A stretch of DNA of 63,947 nt, filler included, from Octopus bimaculoides (GCF_001194135.2; 9 parts of 9 records of this genome joined end to end with filler, not necessarily neighbours in it), one strand, 5' to 3'; counted from the whole stretch's first letter, positions 27,666 to 41,260 are shown. Notes: generated by a model not told the origin, from the sequence alone. Made by a program: numbers and translations.

Positions 27666-28539
27666 TTTACCCCAACCCCTGCTGCTGAAATTGTCAGAGC
27701 CATTGTTGCTGTTGTTGTTGCTGCTGCTGCCGCTGCTGTTGTTGTTTAAAAGGATTGAAACTACGATCGCTCTAACATTTTGAACGCCGTCTAAGACAAT
27801 ATATAACGCATCCTTACCTCTTCAAAGACGGTGTTGGATTGTACTTAAGACACTCTACACAGTCATTCGAACTGCTAGTAACACCAGCCAAGATTTAATT
27901 CTCATAAAACCTCTTAAAAAGGAAGGGCATATTGAATAATATACTCTTAGATATATATCGAAGGACAGGATGCTACATAGATACATCGATCCATATACAT
28001 ATATATATTTGCACACACACACACGCGCGCGCACGCGCGCACATACATAAAATTAGAGAATGGAGTAGATAAAATCCAGGCTACATGTTTCGTAGCTAGT
28101 GGAACCTCGGAAGTAGTAATTACCCAAACGATGGGTAGNNNNNNNNNNNNNNNNNNNNNNNNNNNNNNNNNNNNNNNNNNNNNNNNNNNNNNNNNNNNNN
28201 NNNNNNNNNNNNNNNNNNNNNNNNNNNNNNNNNNNNNNNNNNNNNNNNNNNNNNNNNNNNNNNNNNNNNNNNNNNNNNNNNNNNNNNNNNNNNNNNNNNN
28301 NNNNNNNNNNNNNNNNNNNNNNNNNNNNNNNNNNNNNNNNNNNNNNNNNNNNNNNNNNNNNNNNNNNNNNNNNNNNNNNNNNNNNNNNNNNNNNNNNNNN
28401 NNNNNNNNNNNNNNNNNNNNNNNNNNNNNNNNNNNNNNNNNNNNNNNNNNNNNNNNNNNNNNNNNNNNNNNNNNNNNNNNNNNNNNNNNNNNNNNNNNNN
28501 NNNNNNNNNNNNNNNNNNNNNNNNNNNNNNNNNNNNNNN

Positions 28540-28603
<64 letters not shown>

Positions 28604-28785
28604 CATATATATATATATACTGGAAGACATTTTGATCATAGGTTTGCTCAATAAAAAAATGACCTCGGGCTAAACAACAACATCAACAATATCTACAGGT
28701 ACCTTTGTATCATCTTTCAGTATCTCTTTATATGTATTTGCATTTCCATTCATCAAATCTATTTGAAACAAAGATATAAGAGAGG

Positions 28786-28864
<79 letters not shown>

Positions 28865-29423
28865 TGAAAAGAATAAAAGAAGCGCAGAAGCAACAAATAT
28901 TGAGATAACATTGTGATATTTAAATACTGTTTTGCTTGGCTTCAATCCTAACGGTATGGTGAACTGAGCTAAAGATGGGGGAAAAAAATACATTGGCAAG
29001 TTTACTATAAATTTAAAGGAAAAATAGAGTAAGTTATAAGAGGTCAAGTCTTCTTTCAACATGAGATGAGAGCAGATAACAATGAAGAATAAACCCACCT
29101 ACTAACGAAAATTGTGTGACAGCGTGTTATAACTGTCATACGTTGCGATGTTTTATTGCACATAACAAGCCTTATCTTTATCCCTGGATAACTATTGATC
29201 TGTCTAGATCGATATTTTGTTTCTTTCGGATATAGGGTCACACAAAGAACAATTTCCTTACTTTAGAATCGAAATTATTTTTAAGCTCTCCTACCTACTG
29301 CCAACCTACCTGCCTGCTTACGTATCTATCTACCTACATAATTACATACGTACACACACACACACACACATTGTATAAAGTAAAACAACGCAAGAAAGTT
29401 TGTTTATCTACTATTTCCTCTAC

Positions 29424-29620
29424 CTAAGGTGGTGAGCTGACAGAATCATTAGCACGCTGGGAAAATGCTTAGCGGCATTTCGTCCCGTTTTTACGCTCAG
29501 AGTTCAAAGTCCACTCTGCTCTTCACTCTTTCGGGGTTGATAATATAAGTACCAGTTGAACACTAATCGACTAACCCACTCTTCTAAAACTGCTAGCCCT
29601 TTGCCAAAATTTGAAACCAC
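29424..29620 (+). mobile_element. SINE family A
   Basis: taaggtggtgagctgacagaatcattagcacgc...gagttcaaag...taagtaccagttgaac. Confidence 0.8.
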
Positions 29621-30949
29621 TATTTCCTTTGACTTATACAATTAAAGATTCCACTTCGTTGAAACTCAAACTATACCAAGTGTATTGTTTGCAGCCTTCC
29701 GTTGCATATGCAGTAATATACATGGAGTTCTCGTAATATACTGGTTATTTGTCCTGCGATTTAAATTTAAAACGCACTATATATATAATTGTGTTTATGC
29801 ACTGACAGAGACTGTAATCGCCCGAAAGTACCGGTCGAGAATTCCTTACAATGATTGGTCAGTTTCGGCTAATTCTATACCGTCAACAGTAGGGACCATT
29901 CGACTCAGTTTTTCCAGACTTGTTTCTCTGTAGGTACATATGTATTCAGCATAAAAATCTATGGATGATTTAGCGAATCGCTAATGTGTATACAATAATT
30001 TGATATAGACTTCATTATGCAATATTTTACCAAACAGGAAAACTATATTTGTCTCTAAATATAACTAGGATGTTAGAACACCTACATTGCTAGAAATAAG
30101 AGCCAAAAAGCTCTAATGCTATAGTTAATGCACATAACTGGAGACAATGAGGCTACCGAATTAGACGAATCTAACTGATAAGTATAGGGAATTCTCGACC
30201 GGTGCTTCGGGCGATTACGGTCCCAGATAGTATATGTGTGTGTGTATCTGTGGATATATATATATATATATATATATATANNNNNNNNNNNNNNNNNNNN
30301 NNNNNNNNNNNNNNNNNNNNNNNNNNNNNNNNNNNNNNNNNNNNNNNNNNNNNNNNNNNNNNNNNNNNNNNNNNNNNNNNNNNNNNNNNNNNNNNNNNNN
30401 NNNNNNNNNNNNNNNNNNNNNNNNNNNNNNNNNNNNNNNNNNNNNNNNNNNNNNNNNNNNNNNNNNNNNNNNNNNNNNNNNNNNNNNNNNNNNNNNNNNN
30501 NNNNNNNNNNNNNNNNNNNNNNNNNNNNNNNNNNNNNNNNNNNNNNNNNNNNNNNNNNNNNNNNNNNNNNNNNNNNNNNNNNNNNNNNNNNNNNNNNNNN
30601 NNNNNNNNNNNNNNNNNNNNNNNNNNNNNNNNNNNNNNNNNNNNNNNNNNNNNNNNNNNNNNNNNNNNNNNNNNNNNNNNNNNNNNNNNNNNNNNNNNNN
30701 NNNNNNNNNNNNNNNNNNNNNNNNNNNNNNNNNNNNNNNNNNNNNNNNNNNNNNNNNNNNNNNNNNNNNNNNNNNNNNNNNNNNNNNNNNNNNNNNNNNN
30801 NNNNNNNNNNNNNNNNNNNNNNNNNNNNNNNNNNNNNNNNNNNNNNNNNNNNNNNNNNNNNNNNNNNNNNNNNNNNNNNNNNNNNNNNNNNNNNNNNNNN
30901 NNNNNNNNNNNNNNNNNNNNNNNNNNNNNNNNNNNNNNNNNNNNNNNNN

Positions 30950-31016
30950 TAACCCTAACCCTAACCCTAACCCTAGGATTAGGGTTAGGGTTAGAGTTAG
31001 GGTTAGGGTTAGGGTT
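30950..31016. repeat. Interstitial telomeric palindrome (TAACCC)4-TAGGA-(TTAGGG)6
   Basis: Read directly. The left side is truncated by an N gap; one unit is TTAGAG. Confidence 0.92.
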
Positions 31017-31377
31017 AATTGTTTCAGAATCGTTTGTTTATGTAGTCGGCACTTAATGTATATCGGCTGAATGGACGTCAGTGATTGGTTGAAATTACAG
31101 AAATACGACAACTTTAACATGGAATAATTTATGGATTTCTTTTTTTTTTAAGAAGACTAAGAGAAAAAGATGTTTTATATGACACATTCTACCAGTGTTC
31201 CAAGTTTCAAAGTGTTTCGTTAATGAAAAATGTGGCCCCCGTTTTAAAAAAGATCCCTATTTTGCACTCTTATTTATGTATTCTACATTTTTGGGTTTTT
31301 AATTGCTTGAGCCACATATATCATAGCGTATTTAATATATCATAATATCAATTTATCGTTATAATATCTTATTGTAA

Positions 31378-31598
31378 GTAAGGCGGCGATCTAGCAGAAT
31401 CGTTAGCACGCTTGGCGAAATGCTTCGTAGTATTTCGTCTGTCTTTACGTTCTGAGTTCAAATTCCGCTGAGGTTGACTTTGCCTTTCATCCTTTTGGGT
31501 CGATAAATTAAATACCAGTTGCGTACTGGGGTAGATCTAATCCACTGGCCCCCCTCTCCCCAAAATTCCTGGCCTTGTTCTTAGAGTAGGAATGTATA
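31378..31598 (+). mobile_element. SINE family A, full length
   Basis: taaggcggcgatctagcagaatcgttagcacg...gagttcaaattccgctgaggttgactttgcc...agagtaggaat. Confidence 0.88.
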
Positions 31599-32039
31599 TC
31601 TTATTGTATGTTTATATACGTTCAAACCACTTTGAATTTTGGCGTGCGCTGTTCAACGGTTACTTTCCCTCATGAGCTAATGGGAAGCAAACTATCTCTT
31701 TAACATATAACGCATTTAATATACATAATATTAATTGATCTTTATAATATCTTATTGTGTGTGGCTGTGTGGTAAGGAAGTTTGCTTTGTAAGTACGTAG
31801 TTTCGGCTTCAGTTCGAGACTGCACACATATTCCTGTGTGTGTCTATGTTTAGTAAGTGGGTGTGTGAGAATATGTATGGTACCTGCATTATCAGTATCT
31901 CCTGTTTATTCACGTTCGTTTAATTTAATTTAATTTATTTGTTTTTATCTACTTACTTTTTCCTTTTTTTTGTATTATTTTAATTAGTTTTTTTTAAATT
32001 TTTCTAAGAACATCTCTATCTTAATTATACAGCCATAAA

Positions 32040-32420
32040 CGCTTTTAGTAGAGTCGTAACTCTGCTTGCTCCAGTTGGTCTGACTAAATCATTTATAGTT
32101 TTGGTTTCCAGGAAGGGTCTGGGCTTATGTTCTTCATAAAGTTTCCCAGACCCGTGAGATTGATGCTTTTGAAGTCTAGCTAAACTGTTGAAAGTCGATA
32201 GATGTAGGAAAAAAATCCATCAAAAAGATGTGCAGTGGGAAATTTCAGATGGTCGACTTCAAGTGAAACCCACAATGTAAGATTGTTCTCCCACTTGTGA
32301 TACAATTGCGGCTGCAATGAACAGACATCATAGATTGCATCCAAAGAAAGGTCACTTGACTTGTCGGTAGGCAGTCATTCATCAATACTTTACAGTATCC
32401 CACTCACAAATGTGCATCAC
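32040..32420 (-). mobile_element. Highly degraded RTE-like LINE 3' remnant
   Basis: Loose match to the RTE C-terminus (M.RWM.NVS...RP.KT...DL) in mixed frames. Confidence 0.3.
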
Positions 32421-33545
32421 TTCCCCCTCTCTCTCTTCCTGTCTGTCTCTCTCTTCCTGTCTGTCTCTCTCTTCCTGCCTGTCTCTCGCTCTCTCTCTTA
32501 TTCTTTCGAGCGATTGTCGGCTAAAGGGACAGTCACTAGAACTATGCTGTTTTTGGAACTCCCACCACTTAACTCCTATTGGCTTAGGTCACATACCTGT
32601 AAATAGGTTGCTGTTGTTTAGCAGTGTGTCAGTCTGATTCAGCAGACATAGATCAAAGGCATTTTTTCTGTGACCATCTTATTTTTCTTTTTAGTAGAGT
32701 ATAGGCGGACTACATTCTCAGATATGACTTTTCCTTATTTTATTTAAGAAAATAGGAAGTTATTTAAGGGAGATTTGACAGCTATTTATAGCAAAATGTT
32801 GGGGCATTTGTAAATAGGATTATACGATAAGGTGTAGATTACCAATGTTAGCTTTCAATGCCGAACTGAAATTCACTGAGAGTATACATAAAAATCAAGA
32901 TGGAATCTTCCAGAATGATTTGCTCTAGATATACTCCAAATGCGAAATTTCCTCACACAACTAAATTAATTATATCTATCCACTACTACTATATCTGTTA
33001 ATCCATCTTACAACAGTTGCATCTTTAATTCATTTTGTTCATGAGGAAGAACAAACCGTTTCTTGATATGCCGATTTAATCTTCTTCCAAATCAATGCAG
33101 AATCTACTTCTGAAAACTTCGAAACTTTGCAAGACTTACTGAAGTATTTAACAACAGTTGTATGTGTCGTATTAATTAATGCATTGCAGTAATAATGAAG
33201 TAGCCAGGCAATTGTTGATGAGGTCACAACTGTAAATCACTTCGTTTTAAACAAGTGCATTTGAAGGAAGTTTTCATCAACGATAATGTTCCACAGGCAA
33301 TAGTAAGAAGAATCAGTAAGGTCAAAAACCGTTAATAAATATTTGAAAACATCTTTTGTTTTTGAGACACTCAAATATCTAATTCTGTATTTCCATAAAC
33401 TGTTCATATTGTTACTCACAAAGAGACCTCACAACTTTTGAACTTTCTTTTGAACTCATAATACAGATAATGTTTTGATGCAGTTTCATAATTTATCTGC
33501 TATTTTGATTAGTTACTAGAAATGTCGGCGGCCATTGCAGAAATG

Positions 33546-33605
<60 letters not shown>

Positions 33606-35096
33606 AAGAAAGAGATAGTGGGCGAAAGGGAGAGGGAGAAAGAGAACATATTTGTAAGAGGGTGAGTGGAAGAGTGATAAAGATAGAAAGATATATTAGA
33701 GACAGAGAAAGCAGGAAACAGCGTCAAGCGTATTGGCATGAACATGAAGTCCGATAGAAAAGATACTGCTATGTTATACAGGAAGGTACATGATAGGGGG
33801 GCTGCAGGGTGGAGAAAGATTTGGGATAAGACAAGTTAGATACGATGTTAGAATGTTAGGAGTTTACATATCAGAATCATAACTTTGGAGAAACTGCATG
33901 AGGAATATGCTAACGTGAGAGTTTGTCCAATACCAGCTTAATGGAAGTGCATGTGTTTGTTTGAGGGTTGAAGGGACTGATGTTAGTTGCAATACGGACA
34001 GCTACAAAGATGCCAACATCAGCAACGGTGATGACAGTGATGACGGTGGCGGTTGATGATGTTAGTGATAGAATAAAATTAATAAATTAATGGCTATTAG
34101 CTCAAGAAACAAGGCTATACACTTAGAGGATCTGCAATTGCTAAAAGTAAGATGACTATTTTTCCAATGTAAGACATCAATATAATTCATGTGAAATTTC
34201 CCTGAGGTAGTGATTCTCAACAAGATAAAGGGGGAATGTTAGTTAAATTTACCCCTCGGAGAAAGTGTTTAATACGTACACACACACATATGCACACATA
34301 CGAGTGTGCATATGACGCTAATGTGGAACAGTGAGAACGAGTGCTCAACACTGCATTGTTGGATAAATATTTTTTATTTGTTGGTTAACAAGGCTACCGT
34401 TAGTTTCATGCCAAGAGAACATTTCTCAGCAGCTACCAAATCTACCAAGATGGGACGCTGGTACTCGTCTCCATCTTAGATGAAAATACCGGATGAGACA
34501 CGAGATAATACGGGATTTCGAGATAAATATATAAATATGCAGATCATGCGAGACAAGTTATAAGAAAATCCTAATTGTTGTTTCCCTTGTGTCAGCCCTG
34601 GAATCATTGTTAAAAGTTATCTCTACATGAAACCAATGGTTACCTTGATAACCCACAAATATAGTATATACATACATACATGCATACATACATACACACA
34701 TAATACATACATACATACATACATACATACATACATGCATACATATATATAAACCTGTCGAGTACCCTTTCGTTTGTGTTTGTCCACTCAAATATACATA
34801 TNNNNNNNNNNNNNNNNNNNNNNNNNNNNNNNNNNNNNNNNNNNNTTAATTAATTAANNNNNNNNNNNNNNNNNNNNNNNNNNNNNNNNNNNNNNNNNNN
34901 NTGTCTGCCCTAGTTTGTCCCCTCTATGTTTGGCCTCCTGTGGGCAATAAAGAAATATATATATTAATTCATTATGAGGATATTCAAGCCACTTATAGGG
35001 ATGGTTTTATCAAAGATACCTTGGTTTAATATATTATATTTTGAAAAGATATTTCTTCAATAAATATATTGTAAAACATCAAATATTATTAGCAAA

Positions 35097-35461
35097 TTTG
35101 AAAATGAAGAGATTCAATGGATAAAAATCAATTTATTAATTAACATTGTCTACAATTGTTTCACTTCACACCCAATTTAAATTACAAAGCATATATAATA
35201 ATTCAAGTTTGCATTTTGAGTATCCTGGGTGGAAGGTCTTCAGAGCAAAATGGACATCACAGAGTTTACATTTTGATCAAAATGTATACGCTGTAATGTC
35301 CATTTTGCCCTGAAGATCTTCCACCCAGGATACTCAAAATGCAAACTTATACTAATACATGTTTTGTAATTTAGATTGGGTGTGAAGTGAAACAATTGTA
35401 GGCAATGTTAATAAACAAATAATTAATTAATTTATAACCATTGAATCTCTTTATTTTCAAA
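35097..35461. repeat. ~365-bp loopless palindrome (foldback)
   Basis: Arms of ~180 bp meet at TTTTGA|TCAAAA (centre 35276/35277); roughly 90% identity by eye. Confidence 0.92.
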
Positions 35462-35616
35462 CTGATAAATATATATTTCCTTCTGTTTTGTGCCTGGTAC
35501 TTTTATATTGGCCTCCTTTACCGAACTGCTAATTTACGTGAAGTTAAACTCAACAACACCAGTTATTAAGCAGTGTTGGGGGACAAAGATACAAAGTCAC
35601 AATAGAAACACGCACG

Positions 35617-35654
<38 letters not shown>

Positions 35655-36431
35655 NNNNNNNNNNATCTTTTATTCAGATTTTAAAAGAACTACAAAGATT
35701 TGTGGAGTTACAAGATTTCCCTTTAAACTGAATTTATAGCTAACCAACATTCGTAGGTTACCAATAAATGCTTTATTATCGTTTCTCTCCTTAGTTTTGG
35801 GCAAGAAGCCAATTAGCACTCCGTAGGAGCTAGCTTAACAGTCCGCACGGACACACACACATGCACAGACATAAACACACACACAAACAAACGTGCATGC
35901 ATACATCTAACACTTCGTTCTGAAGCGTACGTATATTGAGTTCTACCACTAGGTTATTAGTCAAGCAGTATTCGCATGTGAAGTTTTATGCGTGAGTGTA
36001 TACGGGGAATGAATGTACCGGAATCAATAATTCCTTAGTGTCGCACCGAAACACCTGTATATCAATCAGCACCATCTACTTCTCACTTTGCTGGTGAAAT
36101 TCGATAAATAAATTAAGTGCATTGGAAAAGTTAGCTTAAATCGATGTTCACAGTCGACGATGGAAGAAAGTGCAGTTATTCTGTCCTACTTTCTATAATT
36201 AAAGCGTAGACTACCACAAATGCAAGTCGATTTAAAACGTCGCCTTGTTTAACATCAGCAGCAGCACCATCACCACCACCACCACCAGTTCTATCACAGA
36301 CATATGCACAACTACCACAACAACCACCACTACCACCACTACCATCAGAAATTCCAACACTACCAGCCCAAGCTCACCAACGCAAGCTTCAAGGCCACAC
36401 ACACACGTGTATATACATATATATATATATA

Positions 36432-36597
36432 TAGGACGAGTTTCTTTCAGTTTCCATCTACGAAATCCACTCACAAGGCTTTGGTCAGCCCGCGGCTATA
36501 GTAGAAGACACTTGCCCAAAGTGCCACGTAGTGGGACTGGACCCGGAGTCATGTGGTTGGTGAGCAAGCTACTTACCACACACACACCCACTCCTGA
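36432..36597 (-). mobile_element. SINE family C, 5' part (related copies ~14960-15105 -, ~39430-39595 -, 62810-63010 +)
   Basis: Reverse complement gtgtggtaagtagcttgct..ccacatgactccgggtccagtcccactacgtggcactttgggcaagtgtcttctactatagcc. Confidence 0.85.
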
Positions 36598-36919
36598 GGC
36601 CTATATATATATATATATATNNNNNNNNNNNNNNNNNNNNNNNNNNNNNNNNNNNNNNNNNNNNNNNNNNNNNNNNNNNNNNNNNNNNNNNNNNNNNNNN
36701 NNNNNNNNNNNNNNNNNNNNNNNNNNNNNNNNNNNNNNNNNNNNNNNNNNNNNNNNNNNNNNNNNNNNNNNNNNNNNNNNNNNNNNNNNNNNNNNNNNNN
36801 NNNNNNNNNNNNNNNNNNNNNNNNNNNNNNNNNNNNNNNNNNNNNNNNNNNNNNNNNNNNNNNNNNNNNNNNNNNNNNNNNNNNNNNNNNNNNNNNNNNN
36901 NNNNNNNNNNNNNNNNNNN

Positions 36920-37789
36920 TATATATTCCTGTTTTACTAGAGTCATGCGTAATAGTGCAGAGTCTTACTGAATCATATATGGTCTTTCATTACATACACT
37001 GTCTATCCAGGGCTTATCAATTGTTTCCAGGACAACGATGTAGGCGGCAGATTTAACTCTAAGGCCTTGTCGAAATAACTAAGGGGGAATCGCATGTCCT
37101 TCATTGCTGACAACCCCTAAAACCATGCCAGTTGCAGGAAATTTTTTCTGCATAACACTTGGAACTTCAGAAGTGTCTGCACATAACCATCTGTCATTTC
37201 TTACTAACTTTTTGATCTCGGTCGAAGTTTTTCTCATTTGAGAAAACCCAATTCAAATTTTCTGCTGGATTTTTCAGTTTGTTTAAGAACATTTTAGATC
37301 TGATGTAGTGATTTTCTTGTGCTTTTTCTGATAAATTGACCTTTCCTCGTATAAGACTTATATCTGATGTCTTCGTGGACAACATTTCTGACTGTTCCTT
37401 CTGACATATGAAGATCTTTTGCAATTGATCTCATGGAGTTTTGGGATTGTAATCAATGGTCTCTTGCACTTGCTGGATAAATTCAAGTGTTCTGATGATT
37501 TCAGAGCATTTAGAATGCCTTTACGCTTTGATACTAATGATACATTTCCATCTTCAGTCTCTAAATTCTTACAAACTTTGTAGACGAAAGATCTGGCAAC
37601 TGTTAAAAATCGAGATATTTCTAAATCACTCTGCTCAGCCTTCATAACACAATAACAGCTTGCCTCTTCTTTTCTTGGGTGTCTGCCATTATTATTTTCT
37701 GAAACAAAGATTATACAGAGTTAGCAAAAAATACAGCAACGACCCCCAAATATATGTCCTCAAATAACTCAAATATCTTACGCACCCTG
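36920..37789 (-). mobile_element. Tc1/mariner-superfamily transposon (maT/DD37D-like), degenerate
   Basis: Terminus TA|CAGGGTGCGTAAGATA at 37789. Frameshifted transposase MADTQEKKRQAVI, MRSIAKDLHMSEGTVRNVVHEDIRYKSY, WVFSNEKNFDRDQKV, PWIDSVCNERPYMIQ*DSA. The 3' end is lost in an N gap. Confidence 0.88.
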
Positions 37790-38156
37790 TATATGTATAT
37801 GTAAGTATGTGTGTGTGTGTATGTATATATATATATATANNNNNNNNNNNNNNNNNNNNNNNNNNNNNNNNNNNNNNNNNNNNNNNNNNNNNNNNNNNNN
37901 NNNNNNNNNNNNNNNNNNNNNNNNNNNNNNNNNNNNNNNNNNNNNNNNNNNNNNNNNNNNNNNNNNNNNNNNNNNNNNNNNNNNNNNNNNNNNNNNNNNN
38001 NNNNNNNNNNNNNNNNNNNNNNNNNNNNNNNNNNNNNNNNNNNNNNNNNNNNNNNNNNNNNNNNNNNNNNNNNNNNNNNNNNNNNNNNNNNNNNNNNNNN
38101 NNNNNNNNNNNNNNNNNNNNNNNNNNNNNNNNNNNNNNNNNNNNNNNNNNNNNNNN

Positions 38157-38188
<32 letters not shown>

Positions 38189-39043
38189 AATGATAGACAG
38201 AAAATGGAATAATAGGGGTAACTCTATTGCTCGCAACGATCCTTTCGACACATCCTGAATAGATCACTTGCGGGTGAGAACCTATACGACTGGTTGTGGT
38301 GTATTCTTCGGTGTAAAGCGTCTGATCATGTGATGTAATAAGAGGTACCACGTTAAATGAACTCCGTTTCCCTTCGGATTTAATACAGCACGTTGTTAAT
38401 GTCCGTAGGCCCAACACTTAAATATACATACATACATATGTATATGTTGTTCTTCGCCTCTCCCCTTCACTACTATATCTTTCTCTTCCTCCCTGTCTCT
38501 CGTTGCTCACCTATATACTACTTCCTCCCTTTTTTCTCCCTCTACCACTCTTTCTTCCTACCCCGCGCTGGTTACATCTGTCCAGCTACTAATTCTTTTC
38601 CTATCTTGGCCTCGCCAAGCACACACGAACATTCTTCGTCCCGATTCCTTCCAGTTCGTTGCTTCACAGCGTTCAGTATACACATATTTTTTCCCGTCTG
38701 GCCATATAGCCTTTTTTATTTATTTTCACTGTTCCATTTTCCTGTCTTGTTCTCTGTCCGCCACTACATTCCTCCATGGTACAAATTTAATTTGTGGTCC
38801 GTGGAAAGAGCCATTCTAACGATGCGTCCTGCCCTAACTCTTCGAAACGCTTAGTTTTAGAATGGTGGCAGCTGATGAAGGAAATGTTCTCTATGAGGCG
38901 TGCGTGTTTTCTGTACTCTGTTTAATCATTTTGTCCATGTTTTATTGCAACGTCTTGTACCCAGATATGCATCTATATATACATGTAGATGTAGATATGT
39001 ACATACATGTACGTATATATGCATATACTCATTTATTATTTGT

Positions 39044-39114
<71 letters not shown>

Positions 39115-39115
39115 A

Positions 39116-39151
<36 letters not shown>

Positions 39152-40056
39152 TGTATGTATGTATGCTTAAAATAATAGTGTATAGAAAATGTCGGACGCT
39201 TCTCGTTAGACTCACAATCATATCTATAAACATGACATGTTCACAGATTTGGATTTCTGTCCCATGGCCAGCCTTCCACTATTGCCATCCAAGGAGTGGG
39301 GTTTATCCCAACATTTACACGTTATTATTTATAGCTTTTTCTGTTTCGAATGGAACGAATTATTTCGCGTTCTGTTAGATTCTGCACACGCACACACACA
39401 CCCTCATTAATATGTACAAACACGCCCGCGCGCGCATAATGACCTTCCACATACTCCAAATATTACTCACAAGGCATTGGTGAATTCGACAGCTACGGTT
39501 GTAGATATTTGTCATTTCACTGCAGGCTCGGATCGAACTCTCAGTCATGCAGTTGCGAAAAGAAACATTTTAACCTCACAGCTCTGACTGCAGCCATAAT
39601 ATATGTTATGAAGCTTTATGCGCTGTTAGGGAACGGAAAAATGGCGGTGGTGTCGACTGGTGAAATACTTGCGCTTTGTGACATGCGCACTACGCTAAGA
39701 GATGTGATATGTTATAATGTTATGATTGATTGCTTGATGTTTCTAAAATAGAGGTTTGTCAATATTCCCAATGCACTATTAATAATTAAGCGGATAAGGA
39801 AATAGCTTTCACATTTCGTTAAATATATAAGTACCTAATGGCGATACAACATATTGTGGCTGCAACGTTTCTTCCAGTTTAATTTGTAGGATTTTATTTT
39901 AAATAGTTGATGCGAAAATATCTGAAGCGGTGATAAACCTAGCAATGTTGCCTTGTAATGCTCATTTATGGCCAACCTGTAGATGGTGAGTTCAAATACA
40001 GCTTCAGGCGATTTCATTTACTCATGGTTTTAATAAAGCAAGTACTAAAAATAATA

Positions 40057-41260
40057 TATTTTACTTGTTTCAGTCATTGTACTGTGGCCATGCTGGGGCA
40101 TCACCTTGAAGGGTTTTAGTTGAACAAATCAATCCCAGTATATCTTTTATCTTTTACTTGTTTCAGTCATTGTACTGTGGCCATGCTGGGGCACCACCTT
40201 GAAGGGTTTTAGTTGAACAAATCAATCCCAGTATATCTTTTATCTTTTACTTGTTTCAGTCATTGGGCTGTGGCCAANNNNNNNNNNNNNNNNNNNNNNN
40301 NNNNNNNNNNNNNNNNNNNNNNNNNNNNNNNNNNNNNNNNNNNNNNNNNNNNNNNNNNNNNNNNNNNNNNNNNNNNNNNNNNNNNNNNNNNNNNNNNNNN
40401 NNNNNNNNNNNNNNNNNNNNNNNNNNNNNNNNNNNNNNNNNNNNNNNNNNNNNNNNNNNNNNNNNNNNNNNNNNNNNNNNNNNNNNNNNNNNNNNNNNNN
40501 NNNNNNNNNNNNNNNNNNNNNNNNNNNNNNNNNNNNNNNNNNNNNNNNNNNNNNNNNNNNNNNNNNNNNNNNNNNNNNNNNNNNNNNNNNNNNNNNNNNN
40601 NNNNNNNNNNNNNNNNNNNNNNNNNNNNNNNNNNNNNNNNNNNNNNNNNNNNNNNNNNNNNNNNNNNNNNNNNNNNNNNNNNNNNNNNNNNNNNNNNNNN
40701 NNNNNNNNNNNNNNNNNNNNNNNNNNNNNNNNNNNNNNNNNNNNNNNNNNNNNNNNNNNNNNNNNNNNNNNNNNNNNNNNNNNNNNNNNNNNNNNNNNNN
40801 NNNNNNNNNNNNNNNNNNNNNNNNNNNNNNNNNNNNNNNNNNNNNNNNNNNNNNNNNNNNNNNNNNNNNNNNNNNNNNNNNNNNNNNNNNNNNNNNNNNN
40901 NNNNNNNNNNNNNNNNNNNNNNNNNNNNNNNNNNNNNNNNNNNNNNNNNNNNNNNNNNNNNNNNNNNNNNNNNNNNNNNNNNNNNNNNNNNNNNNNNNNN
41001 NNNNNNNNNNNNNNNNNNNNNNNNNNNNNNNNNNNNATTTTACTTGTTTCAGTCATTGTACTGTGGCCATGCTGGGGCATCACCTTGAAGGGTTTTAGTT
41101 GAACAAATCAATCCCAGTATATCTTTTATCTTTTACTTGTTTCAGTCATTGTACTGTGGCCATGCTGGGGCACCACCTTGAAGGGTTTTAGTTGAACAAA
41201 TCAATCCCAGTATATCTTTTATCTTTTACTTGTTTCAGTCATTGGGCTGTGGCCAAGCTG
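40057..41260. repeat. 93-bp tandem repeat derived from the SINE C 3' end, spanning an N gap
   Basis: Units start at 40061, 40154 and 40247 (period 93) and at 41040, 41133 and 41226. The unit's reverse complement matches the family C tail at 56800-56880. Confidence 0.9.

Noticed and set aside
30950-31016. Telomere-fusion scar interpretation of the telomeric palindrome
   Set aside because: Polarity is CCCTAA then TTAGGG, the opposite of an end-to-end fusion.
39907-39985. Possible PEF upstream exon (DAKISEAVINLAMLPCNAHLWPTCR), phase-compatible with 46049
   Set aside because: No EF-hand loop, and the donor gtgagttcaaat matches a SINE B-box remnant.
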